From contig OZ244070.1 of NCBI GenBank assembly GCA_965215605.1, positions 2,176,001 through 2,240,000 on the forward strand: a DNA stretch of 64,000 nucleotides, in the 5' to 3' direction. Numbering within the stretch: position 1 is the first letter of the stretch; each line of letters starts with the position of its first letter. The notes below the pieces were generated by a model. It searched no databases. It was not told the origin of the DNA and was given only the letters and a program-made list of their open reading frames with translations. This stretch comes from an uncultured Candidatus Binatia bacterium. Its GTDB lineage: Bacteria; Desulfobacterota; Binatia; UBA9968; JAJDTQ01. Shown here in pieces: positions 20,348-28,566 of this stretch. A program made the translations under genes and the position numbers.

Positions 20348-21520
20348 ATGGCTTGTGATCCCAACTATCTCAGCTTTTCCGACGCGGAGTACCAGCGTCG
20401 CAACGCGGCCGTGCAGGCGCGCATGAACCGCATGGGCCTCGACGCGGTGGTGTTCTACGGCAGCCGCACCGCGCCGGACATCCACTACCTGTGCAACTGG
20501 CTCACCACTTCCGAGGCCTACTTCATCTATCCGGGCGAGGGAGAGTCCACGCTGTTCGTGCAGTTGTCCAACCACCTGCCCAACGCCAGGCGCATGGCTG
20601 TCATCGACGATGTCCGCTTCGGCGGCTCCAGCCCCACGGGGTCGGTGGATTCGGTGCCGCGGGTGCTGGAGAACCTGAAGGAGCGCGGGCTGGAGAAGGG
20701 CTCGGTAGGCCTGTGCGGCAACGTGCCCTACCGGCACTACCTGCGGCTGGTGGATGCCCTGCCCGAAGTGAAATGGTCGGATTTCAGCGCCGAGATGCGC
20801 AACCAGCGCCAGGTGAAGAGTGCCGAGGAGATCGAGCGCCTGCGCCAGGCCTCGGCCATGAGCGACGACTCGGTGGCGGCCCTGCGCGAGCGGGCGCGCC
20901 CCGGCATCCCGGAGCACGAGCTGGCGCGCATCGTCGAGGACGTCTACCTGGGGAAGGGCGGCGTCAACGGCATCCATTTCATGATCACCACCTCCATGCG
21001 CGACCCCAGGGGCGGCGTGCCGCAGCAACACCTGTCCAATCGCATCCTGCAGAAGGGCGACGTGCTGGTGACCGAGATCAGCACCAACTACGCTGGCTAC
21101 ACCGGACAGGTCCTGCGCACCTTCACCATCGGCGAGGAGCCCACGCCAGAGTACCGGCGGCTCCACGACGTGGCCATGGAGGCCTTCGACCGCATCGCCG
21201 GGGTCATCAGGGCGGGCGCCGGAGTGGAGCCGGCGCTGGAGGCCGCGGACGTGGTGCACGAGCGCGGTTTCACGGTCTATGACGACGTGGTCCACGGCGC
21301 CAGCCAGTTGCCGCCGATCCTGCGGACCCGGAAGACCAGCCGCGGGACGCCGCCGGATTTCCGTTTCGAGACCAACATGTGCCTGGTGATTCAGCCCAAC
21401 GTGGTGACCGAAGACGGGTTGCGCGGGGTCCAGTTCGGCGAGATGATGCGCGTAACCGATACCGGACTGGAAAACATGCACGATTGCCCGAGAGAGCTCA
21501 TCGTGTGCCGTAACGGATAA
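20348..21520 (+). CDS. M24/creatinase-fold hydrolase
   Basis: Creatinase N-domain, VKSAEEIE and pita-bread fold. Metal ligands are atypical. Confidence 0.8.
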   Translation: MACDPNYLSFSDAEYQRRNAAVQARMNRMGLDAVVFYGSRTAPDIHYLCNWLTTSEAYFIYPGEGESTLFVQLSNHLPNARRMAVIDDVRFGGSSPTGSVDSVPRVLENLKERGLEKGSVGLCGNVPYRHYLRLVDALPEVKWSDFSAEMRNQRQVKSAEEIERLRQASAMSDDSVAALRERARPGIPEHELARIVEDVYLGKGGVNGIHFMITTSMRDPRGGVPQQHLSNRILQKGDVLVTEISTNYAGYTGQVLRTFTIGEEPTPEYRRLHDVAMEAFDRIAGVIRAGAGVEPALEAADVVHERGFTVYDDVVHGASQLPPILRTRKTSRGTPPDFRFETNMCLVIQPNVVTEDGLRGVQFGEMMRVTDTGLENMHDCPRELIVCRNG

Positions 21521-21538
21521 CCGCGGAGAGAGGGCCCT

Positions 21539-22441
21539 GTGCCGTACATGCCCGTGGCTCGTTTCAAGAAGGGATATGCCGCCGGCCTGGCGCTGGCGCT
21601 GTGGGTGGTGACGTGGCCGCCCGGGGCCGGCGCGGCGGACGACCGGGTGGCGCGAGGTGCCTATCTGGCCCGCGCCGGCCTGTGCATCGCCTGCCACACC
21701 GACTTCGGGAACAAGGGCGCCGAGCTCGCCGGGGGCTACGCCATCGAGGTTCCCTTCGGCGTCATCCACAGCACCAACATCACGCCGGATCCGGAGACGG
21801 GCATCGGCGGCTGGAGCGACGAGGAGTTCCTGCGGGCCATGCGCCGGGGCATCGGCCGCGGCGGCGAGCACCTGTTTCCTGCCTTCCCCTATACCTCGTT
21901 CACGGGCATGACCGACGAGGATGTCCTTGCCATCAAGGCGTACCTGTCCACGGTGAACCCCGTACGCAAGGAAAACCGCGCGCCCGAGTTGACCGTGCCC
22001 TTCGGCTGGCGCTTTCTGGTGGCGGGATGGAAGTGGCGCTACTTCGAGGAGGGAGCGTGGCAACCGGACCCGGACCGGTCCGCCCAATGGAACCGGGGTT
22101 CGTACCTGGTGAACGCGGTGGTCCACTGCGGCGAGTGCCACACGCCGCGGGACTGGGCCGGTGGGCTCGACCGTGAGCGCTTCATGGCCGGCGCCGCCGA
22201 CGGCCCGGAGGGCGAGACTGCCCCCAACATCACGCCACACAAGCAGACCGGGGTGGGTGACTGGTCGGTGGAGGACATGGTGGAACTGCTCAAGAGCAGC
22301 TACAAGCCCGACGGCGACAACGTCCAGGGCCTCATGGAACGGGTCATCGTTCACGGCTACGAGCACCTGAGCGATGAAGACCTCACCGCCATTGCCGTTT
22401 ACCTGCGCTCGCTGCAGGGCGTGGACAACGCCGTTGACTGA
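21539..22441 (+). CDS. Diheme c-type cytochrome (gluconate/alcohol dehydrogenase cytochrome c-like)
   Basis: Signal peptide, heme motifs CIACHT and CGECHT, and NITPDPETGIG. Confidence 0.88.
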   Translation: MPYMPVARFKKGYAAGLALALWVVTWPPGAGAADDRVARGAYLARAGLCIACHTDFGNKGAELAGGYAIEVPFGVIHSTNITPDPETGIGGWSDEEFLRAMRRGIGRGGEHLFPAFPYTSFTGMTDEDVLAIKAYLSTVNPVRKENRAPELTVPFGWRFLVAGWKWRYFEEGAWQPDPDRSAQWNRGSYLVNAVVHCGECHTPRDWAGGLDRERFMAGAADGPEGETAPNITPHKQTGVGDWSVEDMVELLKSSYKPDGDNVQGLMERVIVHGYEHLSDEDLTAIAVYLRSLQGVDNAVD

Positions 22442-22628
22442 GAGTGGTCGAAGTCAGCCCCACGGATGAACCCGTATCCGTTCACCGTTCAATCGATGAG
22501 GTTCAGGACATCGAGTTCGCTAATATGCCGAATTCGCAGTTGCCCTATATGGCGCAGTTATGCTATGTATTATTCGAGTTTAGGCAATGGTGTGGTATTC
22601 TGCCTGCCTCAGAAAGGGAGGGATTGTC

Positions 22629-23105
22629 ATGAAGAGCTCATTGCAAAGGCGGCCGGTGTGGAGACTGGCCCTGGTTGCCGTGCTGGCCGTGTCGTTCGTG
22701 ATAGCGATGAATTCAGGAACGCCGTTTGCGACCACCCAGATTTCCACCGACGCCGACGAGGGAGACAAGATGACCTTCACCGTCAACCTTGGCGTTGCTC
22801 CCAATGGCTATTCCATCCGTTATACCTTCAAGACCGAGGACGGCACCGCCGAAGCGGGAAAGGACTACACCGCGCGTACGGGAAAGGTGGTCTTCGCTTC
22901 GGGTGAGAGCACCAAGACGGTGGACGTGTGGACATCGACAGACCAGATTGAGGAGGATGACGAATACTTCACTTTGAAATTGTACAATATCGAAGCGAAA
23001 GGATTCTCGGCGGCGCACTCCGGGTGGGTCTCGTTCCGGAACCAGCTCTATGGCGTTCCGAATGAGCAGTCGCTTAACGGCGAGATCAAGGACGTTGCGC
23101 CGTGA
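22629..23105 (+). CDS. Secreted single Calx-beta domain protein (paralog 1)
   Basis: RBS GGGAGGG, signal peptide, and EGDKMTFTVNL...TEDGTAEAGKDY...VFASGESTKTV...EEDDEYFTLKL. Confidence 0.8.
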   Translation: MKSSLQRRPVWRLALVAVLAVSFVIAMNSGTPFATTQISTDADEGDKMTFTVNLGVAPNGYSIRYTFKTEDGTAEAGKDYTARTGKVVFASGESTKTVDVWTSTDQIEEDDEYFTLKLYNIEAKGFSAAHSGWVSFRNQLYGVPNEQSLNGEIKDVAP

Positions 23106-23240
23106 AATGGAGGCCAGGATCTGATCGGTTGGGGTTGAAACGGCCTTGAGCCGGTCGCCGCAACAGGCGACCCCGGGCACGGCGAAGAAGTTTCCCGGGT
23201 TCCCTGGGACCGCCGTCGCAACAGAAGACCTTAGCGAGCG

Positions 23241-23781
23241 AGGAGGGAGGATCATGAGACAGGAATCGAACAGGAAAACCGAATGGACCGCATGGCGCGC
23301 CGCCCTTGCCGGCGTCGTACTGTTGGGGGGTGCGGCGCTCGTGGCGCCGCAAGCGGCCGACGCCGTGGACGCCGGCACAACCGAGGGCGACACGATGGAG
23401 TTCACCGTCGAACTCGGGGCTGCACCGAACGGCTGGGCGGTGCGCTACAAGTACAAGACGGAAGACGCCGCGGCCGTCAAGGGCGAGGATTACGAAGAGA
23501 CCACCGGCACCGTGACCTTCAACTCGGGGGTCAAGACCAAGAAGATCTCTGTGGACACGATTGACGACAGCGAGGAAGAAGACCCGGAAGTCTTCAAGCT
23601 CAAGCTCTATGACCAGGAGGTCAACGGGCTCTACCGCGACGTCACCGGATGGGTCACCCCGACGTCCAGCATCCGGTCCATGCCGCGCACGATGACGTTG
23701 AAGGGCCAGATCCAGGACAACGACCAAACGGTCAAGGCGGATTGCGGGAACGCGGGTCAGTATTGCCAGTGACCGGGGACC
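23241..23781. repeat. Left arm of a ~540 bp inverted duplication (partner 32233-32773)
   Basis: Near-identical reverse complement from the RBS AGGAGGGAGGATCATG to GACCGGGGACC after the stop. Confidence 0.9.
23254..23772 (+). CDS. Secreted single Calx-beta domain protein (paralog 2) with C-terminal Cys pair
   Basis: RBS AGGAGGGAGG, signal peptide, EGDTMEFTVEL...GEDYEETTGTVTF...DPEVFKLKL, and tail CGNAGQYCQ. Confidence 0.8.
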   Translation: MRQESNRKTEWTAWRAALAGVVLLGGAALVAPQAADAVDAGTTEGDTMEFTVELGAAPNGWAVRYKYKTEDAAAVKGEDYEETTGTVTFNSGVKTKKISVDTIDDSEEEDPEVFKLKLYDQEVNGLYRDVTGWVTPTSSIRSMPRTMTLKGQIQDNDQTVKADCGNAGQYCQ

Positions 23782-23808
23782 AGGGATCAAGTACAAGGGA
23801 GACAAGTG

Positions 23809-24633
23809 ATGAATACCGATCGAACCTCAACCGGGCGCTTGGCGATTGCCCTTGCAGCGGTCGTGCTGGCCGCCGCCCTTGCCGCAGCCGGGCCCGCCCG
23901 CGCCCAGAACGCCCCTACATATGGCGACTGTGCTGATGCGTGGTACCAGAGCGACGCCTCCGATCATTGCCCGGCACGCGGCACCCAATTCTGGTTTGAC
24001 ACCCCGAACGGACAGTGCAGCGTCACGGCCAGGTGCAGGAAGTTGAATGGCGTGCCATCAACCCAGCAAACTGTCACCGGCGATCTGGATGACATGCGCG
24101 ATCTGGTGAGTTGCGACGGCAAGCTCAAAATCGGCTCTTGCCTCGACGCTACTCAACAAGCCGCCCTGGAGACAGCATGCAAGGATGCGTGGGATAACAG
24201 CGATGCCAGCCAGAGATGCGGTTCGTCCCGCGGATCCCACAGCGTGTCGACCTATCAAGGCGTGCAATGTCATGTCTCGACCTCCTGCGGGACCCCGGCG
24301 GTGTCGGCGTCCTTCTACGGGTCTACCGACACTGTGAAACAGCTCGATTACTGCAACAACGAGTTGTCCACCTCCTGCCCCACGGTCGAGAAATGCACGA
24401 GCGCATGGAATGCGAGTTCGGCCAAAGTTACCTGTAACTATTCCGGCGCCTTCAGCACCCAAGTCGGAGTGGATTCGGGACAGTGCTCCATAAAGACCCA
24501 TTGCGAAAGACGGGTTGACGATCCATTGGGGAAGACTGGGGGAGTCCTCGCAGTTGAGACCTCGTACAAGGGGGACCTGGGACAGGTGCAAAACCTCAAG
24601 AACTGCCATGGGACACTCAAGACATCCTGCTGA
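23809..24633 (+). CDS. Secreted Cys-rich repeat protein 1 (3 x 6-Cys domain)
   Basis: Signal peptide ending PARA|Q. 18 Cys in three repeats CxxAWxxSxAxxxC...CxxxxxC...G...LxxC...C. Confidence 0.8.
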   Translation: MNTDRTSTGRLAIALAAVVLAAALAAAGPARAQNAPTYGDCADAWYQSDASDHCPARGTQFWFDTPNGQCSVTARCRKLNGVPSTQQTVTGDLDDMRDLVSCDGKLKIGSCLDATQQAALETACKDAWDNSDASQRCGSSRGSHSVSTYQGVQCHVSTSCGTPAVSASFYGSTDTVKQLDYCNNELSTSCPTVEKCTSAWNASSAKVTCNYSGAFSTQVGVDSGQCSIKTHCERRVDDPLGKTGGVLAVETSYKGDLGQVQNLKNCHGTLKTSC

Positions 24634-24771
24634 GGTCCCGGTTTCTCCCGGTTTCGCGGGTCGCATGACATCGATCGGGTCGCACGTCTTCGGTCGCATA
24701 TCCCGGAGCGGGAAAGCTCGCCATGACCGGTCGGATTGTCGATCGGTGACCGGGCAGAAAGGAAGGAAGCG

Positions 24772-25638
24772 ATGAAGACCGATGGAACCCAGACCGGGCT
24801 GCGGGCCTCTTCCGGATCGACCGGGCGCTTGGCGATTGCCCTTGCAGCGGTCGTGCTGGCCGCCGCCCTTGCCGCAGCCGGCCCCGCCCGCGCCCAGAAC
24901 GCCCAGGACGGCCCGACGCGGGCCGAGTGCCTTGACGCGTGGGACGAGAGCGACGCCTCCGGTTCCTGTCCCTATTCCAGCAACCAGTTCTGGATGACGG
25001 CTTCGAACGGAGAGTGCAGCGTCACGACCAGGTGCAGGAAGTCGAATGGCAGGGCATCAGGGATGCAAAATGTCACCGGCGATCTGGATGACATGCGCGA
25101 TCTGGTGAGTTGCGACGGCACGCTCAAAATCAGCTCTTGCCTCTCCGCTACTGAACAAGCCGCCCTGGCGACAGCATGCGAGGAGGCGTGGGATGACAGC
25201 GACGCCAGCCAGCAGTGCGGTTCGTCCTACGGATCCCACAGCGTGTCGATATCAAACCGGCAATGTCATGTCTCGACCTCCTGCGGGACCCTGGCGGTGG
25301 CAGCGTCCTTCTACGGATCGCCCGACGATGTGAAACAGCTCGATTACTGCAACAGCGAGTTGTCCACCTCTTGTCCCGCCCCCGTGACGGTCGAGAACTG
25401 CAAGAGCGCATGGAATGCGAGCGACGCCAGTAATACCTGCAACGTTACAGGATATGCCGATACCAGGCCGGTCGCGGTGGATTCGGGACAATGCACCATG
25501 AGGGCCAGGTGCAGAAGATGGAGTACGGTATTCCCCGGCAACCCGGAGATCTCCCCGCAGTACGGCGATTTCAGGGGGAGTGTGGAACAGGTGGAAGACC
25601 TCAAGAACTGCCATGGGGCGCTTAAGACCTCCTGCTGA
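24772..25638 (+). CDS. Secreted Cys-rich repeat protein 2
   Basis: Paralog of 23809-24633 with the same 18-Cys frame. RBS AAGGAAG. Confidence 0.8.
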   Translation: MKTDGTQTGLRASSGSTGRLAIALAAVVLAAALAAAGPARAQNAQDGPTRAECLDAWDESDASGSCPYSSNQFWMTASNGECSVTTRCRKSNGRASGMQNVTGDLDDMRDLVSCDGTLKISSCLSATEQAALATACEEAWDDSDASQQCGSSYGSHSVSISNRQCHVSTSCGTLAVAASFYGSPDDVKQLDYCNSELSTSCPAPVTVENCKSAWNASDASNTCNVTGYADTRPVAVDSGQCTMRARCRRWSTVFPGNPEISPQYGDFRGSVEQVEDLKNCHGALKTSC

Positions 25639-25688
25639 GGTCCCGGTTTCGCGGACCGGGCCCCCGCGCCCCGGAATGAGGAAAGGCC

Positions 25689-26531
25689 ATGAGACAGGAC
25701 TCGAACGGGAAAACCGCACAAACCGCATGGCGCGCCGCCCTTGCCGGCGTCGTGCTGGCCGCTGCCCTTGTCGCAGCCGGCCCCGCCCGCGCCCAGAACG
25801 CGCAGGACGGCCCGACGCGGGCCGAGTGCCTTGACGCGTGGGGCGAGAGCGACGCCTCCGCGCATTGCCCATTTTCCAGCAACCAGTTCTGGATGACGGC
25901 GTCGAACGGAGAGTGCAGCGTCACGACCAGGTGCCGGAAATCGGATGGCTGGGCATCGCATATGCAAACCGTCACCGGCGATCTGGATGACATGCGCGAT
26001 CTGGTGAGTTGCAACGGCGTGCTCAAAGTCAGCTCCTGCCTCTCCGCTGCCGAACAAACCGCTTTGGCGACAGCCTGCGAGGAGGCGTGGGACGACAGCG
26101 ATGCCAGCCAGAAATGCGGTTCGTCCTACGGATCCCACAGCGTGTCGATATCAGGCCAGCAGTGTCAGGTCTCGACCTCCTGCGGGACCCTGGCGGTGGC
26201 AGCGTCCTTCTACGGATCGCCCGACGATGTGAAACAGCTCGATTACTGCAACAGCGAGTTGTCCACCTCTTGCCCCATCCCCGTAACGCTCGAGAACTGC
26301 AAGAGCGCCTGGAATGCGAGCGATGCCAGCGATACCTGTAACGTTACAGGATATGCCGATACCAGGCCGGTCGCGGTGGATTCGGGACAATGCACCATGA
26401 GGGCCAGGTGCAGAAGATGGAGCCCACGGTGGGTCGGCGAGGTCTCTCCGGGGTATAGCGATTTCAAGGGGAGTGTCGAACAGGTGGAAGCCCTCAAGAA
26501 TTGCGACGGGCGCCTCAAGACATCCTGCTGA
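25689..26531 (+). CDS. Secreted Cys-rich repeat protein 3
   Basis: Near-identical to protein 2 over long stretches. Leader N-region shared with the Calx-beta gene at 23254. Confidence 0.8.
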   Translation: MRQDSNGKTAQTAWRAALAGVVLAAALVAAGPARAQNAQDGPTRAECLDAWGESDASAHCPFSSNQFWMTASNGECSVTTRCRKSDGWASHMQTVTGDLDDMRDLVSCNGVLKVSSCLSAAEQTALATACEEAWDDSDASQKCGSSYGSHSVSISGQQCQVSTSCGTLAVAASFYGSPDDVKQLDYCNSELSTSCPIPVTLENCKSAWNASDASDTCNVTGYADTRPVAVDSGQCTMRARCRRWSPRWVGEVSPGYSDFKGSVEQVEALKNCDGRLKTSC

Positions 26532-26565
26532 GTTCCCGGTTTCGCGGGTCGCATGACATCGATCC

Positions 26566-26594
26566 GGGCGCGGGGCCTCTTCGGCCCGGCGCCC
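26566..26594. terminator. GC-rich hairpin between convergent cargo and exporter genes
   Basis: GGGCGCGGGGCC-tcttc-GGCCCGGCGCCC (one mismatch). No U-tract. Confidence 0.4.
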
Positions 26595-26604
26595 CGGCGG
26601 CTTC

Positions 26605-27804
26605 CTACTTGCCCTGGAGTCCGGCGATGGGATCGAGCCTGGATGCCTGGTGGGCGGGCTGGAACCCGAAGAACAGGCCGACCGCCACCGCCGTGCCGAG
26701 GCCGCTGGCCACGGAGAGCCCCGAGATCAGGAAGTCCCAATCGGTGAAGCGGCAGATCGTCCAGGTTGCCGCCAGGCCGAGCGCCACGCCAAGCACGCCA
26801 CCGGCGACTGTCAGGATGACGGATTCGATGAGAAACTGGCTCCTTATGTCCCGTTGCCGCGCGCCCAGGGCCCGGCGGATGGCGATTTCCGCGCGCCGCT
26901 CGGCCACGGACACGAGCATGATGTTCATGATCCCGATCCCGCCGACGATCAGCGAGATGCTGCCCACCGCGCCCAGCAACAAGGTGAAAATGCCCATCTG
27001 CGCCTCCATCCGGGCGATCAGCTCCTTCGCGGTGACGATATCGACGCCGAGATCGGGCGCGCGCTCGCGGAAATAGGACCGGACGTCCTCCACCGCCGCC
27101 TCGTAATGGACGCCGACGCCGGATCGGGCGACGATGACCTCGATTCCGGGGTCGGGGGCGATCCGCTGCGCCGTGGTTATCGGGACGAATATGGATTTGT
27201 CCGCGTTCACCTGGAACGGCAGTGCATAGCTCTCCCTCTTTCTGTCCAGCACGCCCACAATGGTGAAGAGAACCTCATCGACCTCGATGAGCGCCCCCAG
27301 AAGGCGGTCCGCCCCCTCCGCGCGCATTTTCTCCGCGACTTCGGCGCCGATGACGCACCAGTATCTGTCGGTATCCAGGTTCGAAACGAACCGGCCCTCT
27401 TGCAGCGTCAGCTTGTTCACGCTCGCGAAGGATCGGGTGACGCCCTGAACCGCGCCCCGCCCGACCTCCCGGCCGGCGAAGCGGAACGTCCCGCGCCCCG
27501 ATATCCTGGGCGCCGCCTCGACGATCGACGGGACCACCGCCGCCAGTTGCAGGGCGTCCGGGAGGCCAATCACGGCCCTTCCACCAGCATCCGACTTGCG
27601 GATGACAACGATGTCGGTGCCGAGCGCCTCGAATTGCTTGCGGGCCTGCCCCTTGGCGATCTCGCCGAGCGAGACCATCGCAATGACCGAGGAGATGCCG
27701 ATCATGACGCCGACCAGGCCCAGCACCGTGCGCAGCCTCGCCCGGCGCAGGCTGTTGGCCGCCTCGCGGGCATTGGCCGCAATGACCTGGAAGGTTCTCG
27801 ACAT
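26605..27804 (-). CDS. MacB/FtsX-type ABC permease
   Basis: Motifs LGLVGVMIGISSVIAM, a large periplasmic domain, VGGIGIMNIMLVSVAERRAEIAIRRALGA and PAHQASRLDPI. Confidence 0.92.
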   Translation of the reverse strand: MSRTFQVIAANAREAANSLRRARLRTVLGLVGVMIGISSVIAMVSLGEIAKGQARKQFEALGTDIVVIRKSDAGGRAVIGLPDALQLAAVVPSIVEAAPRISGRGTFRFAGREVGRGAVQGVTRSFASVNKLTLQEGRFVSNLDTDRYWCVIGAEVAEKMRAEGADRLLGALIEVDEVLFTIVGVLDRKRESYALPFQVNADKSIFVPITTAQRIAPDPGIEVIVARSGVGVHYEAAVEDVRSYFRERAPDLGVDIVTAKELIARMEAQMGIFTLLLGAVGSISLIVGGIGIMNIMLVSVAERRAEIAIRRALGARQRDIRSQFLIESVILTVAGGVLGVALGLAATWTICRFTDWDFLISGLSVASGLGTAVAVGLFFGFQPAHQASRLDPIAGLQGK

Positions 27805-27818
27805 GCCGGACGCCCGCG

Positions 27819-28523
27819 TCACGCCCCGGACGCCGCCGCGGCGCCGGGCCCGGCTCCTGGCTCGAAGAGCCTGCCGTCGCGAATGCGCGTCCGCCGCGCG
27901 CACTGGTCTGCCACCGACGGGTCGTGCGTGATAATCAGGATCGTGATGCCGCGCTCCTCGTTCAGCCGCCGTAGCAGCGCCATCACCTCGCGGGCCGTGT
28001 CGATATCCAGCGCACCGGTCGGCTCGTCGGCGAGCAGCAGCGCCGGCTTGCCCACCAGCGCCCGGGCGATGGCGACCCTCTGTTTCTGCCCACCGGAAAG
28101 CTGGTCCGGCCGGTGGCCGGTCCGGTCCGCCATACCGACGCGCTCCAGTATCTCCTGCGCGCGGCGGCGCATTTCCAGCCGCCCGGCACCCCGATAGACC
28201 AGCGGCAGGCAGACATTCTCCAATGCGGTCAGTTGCGGCAGCAGGTGGAAGGACTGGAACACGAAACCGATATGCCGGTTCCGGAGCGCGGACAGCTCGT
28301 TGTCGCGGAGCCCGGAGACATCGCGCCCGTCGAGGACACAGGCGCCCGAGGTCGGGCGGTCCAACAGACCGATAATGTTCATGAGGGTTGTCTTGCCGCT
28401 GCCCGAAGGTCCCATGATCGACATCAGGTCACCCGCATCGACCTCCAGATCGACGCCCCGCAGAACCTCGGTCGTGACCGGCCCGACCCGATAGGATCTG
28501 CGGATGTCGGTCAGCCTCAGCAT
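27819..28523 (-). CDS. MacB/LolD-type ABC ATP-binding protein
   Basis: Walker A GPSGSGKT, signature LSGGQKQR, Walker B LLADEPTG and ITHD. Confidence 0.93.
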   Translation of the reverse strand: MLRLTDIRRSYRVGPVTTEVLRGVDLEVDAGDLMSIMGPSGSGKTTLMNIIGLLDRPTSGACVLDGRDVSGLRDNELSALRNRHIGFVFQSFHLLPQLTALENVCLPLVYRGAGRLEMRRRAQEILERVGMADRTGHRPDQLSGGQKQRVAIARALVGKPALLLADEPTGALDIDTAREVMALLRRLNEERGITILIITHDPSVADQCARRTRIRDGRLFEPGAGPGAAAASGA

Positions 28524-28566
28524 CCCGCCCGGCGCCTCCCTTCGGCGCCCCGGTCCCTGCTCCGGA

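Noticed and set aside
23809-26531. CRISPR array or diversity-generating retroelement as the source of the repeats
   Set aside because: The repeats are protein-coding paralogs with no repeat-spacer periodicity. No reverse transcriptase or cas gene is in the window, and the differences include indels and are not adenine-specific.
23254-28523. RiPP or bacteriocin cluster suggested by shared leaders and an ABC exporter
   Set aside because: The leaders look like Sec signals (AxA cleavage). There is no double-glycine motif, C39 peptidase domain or modifying enzyme.
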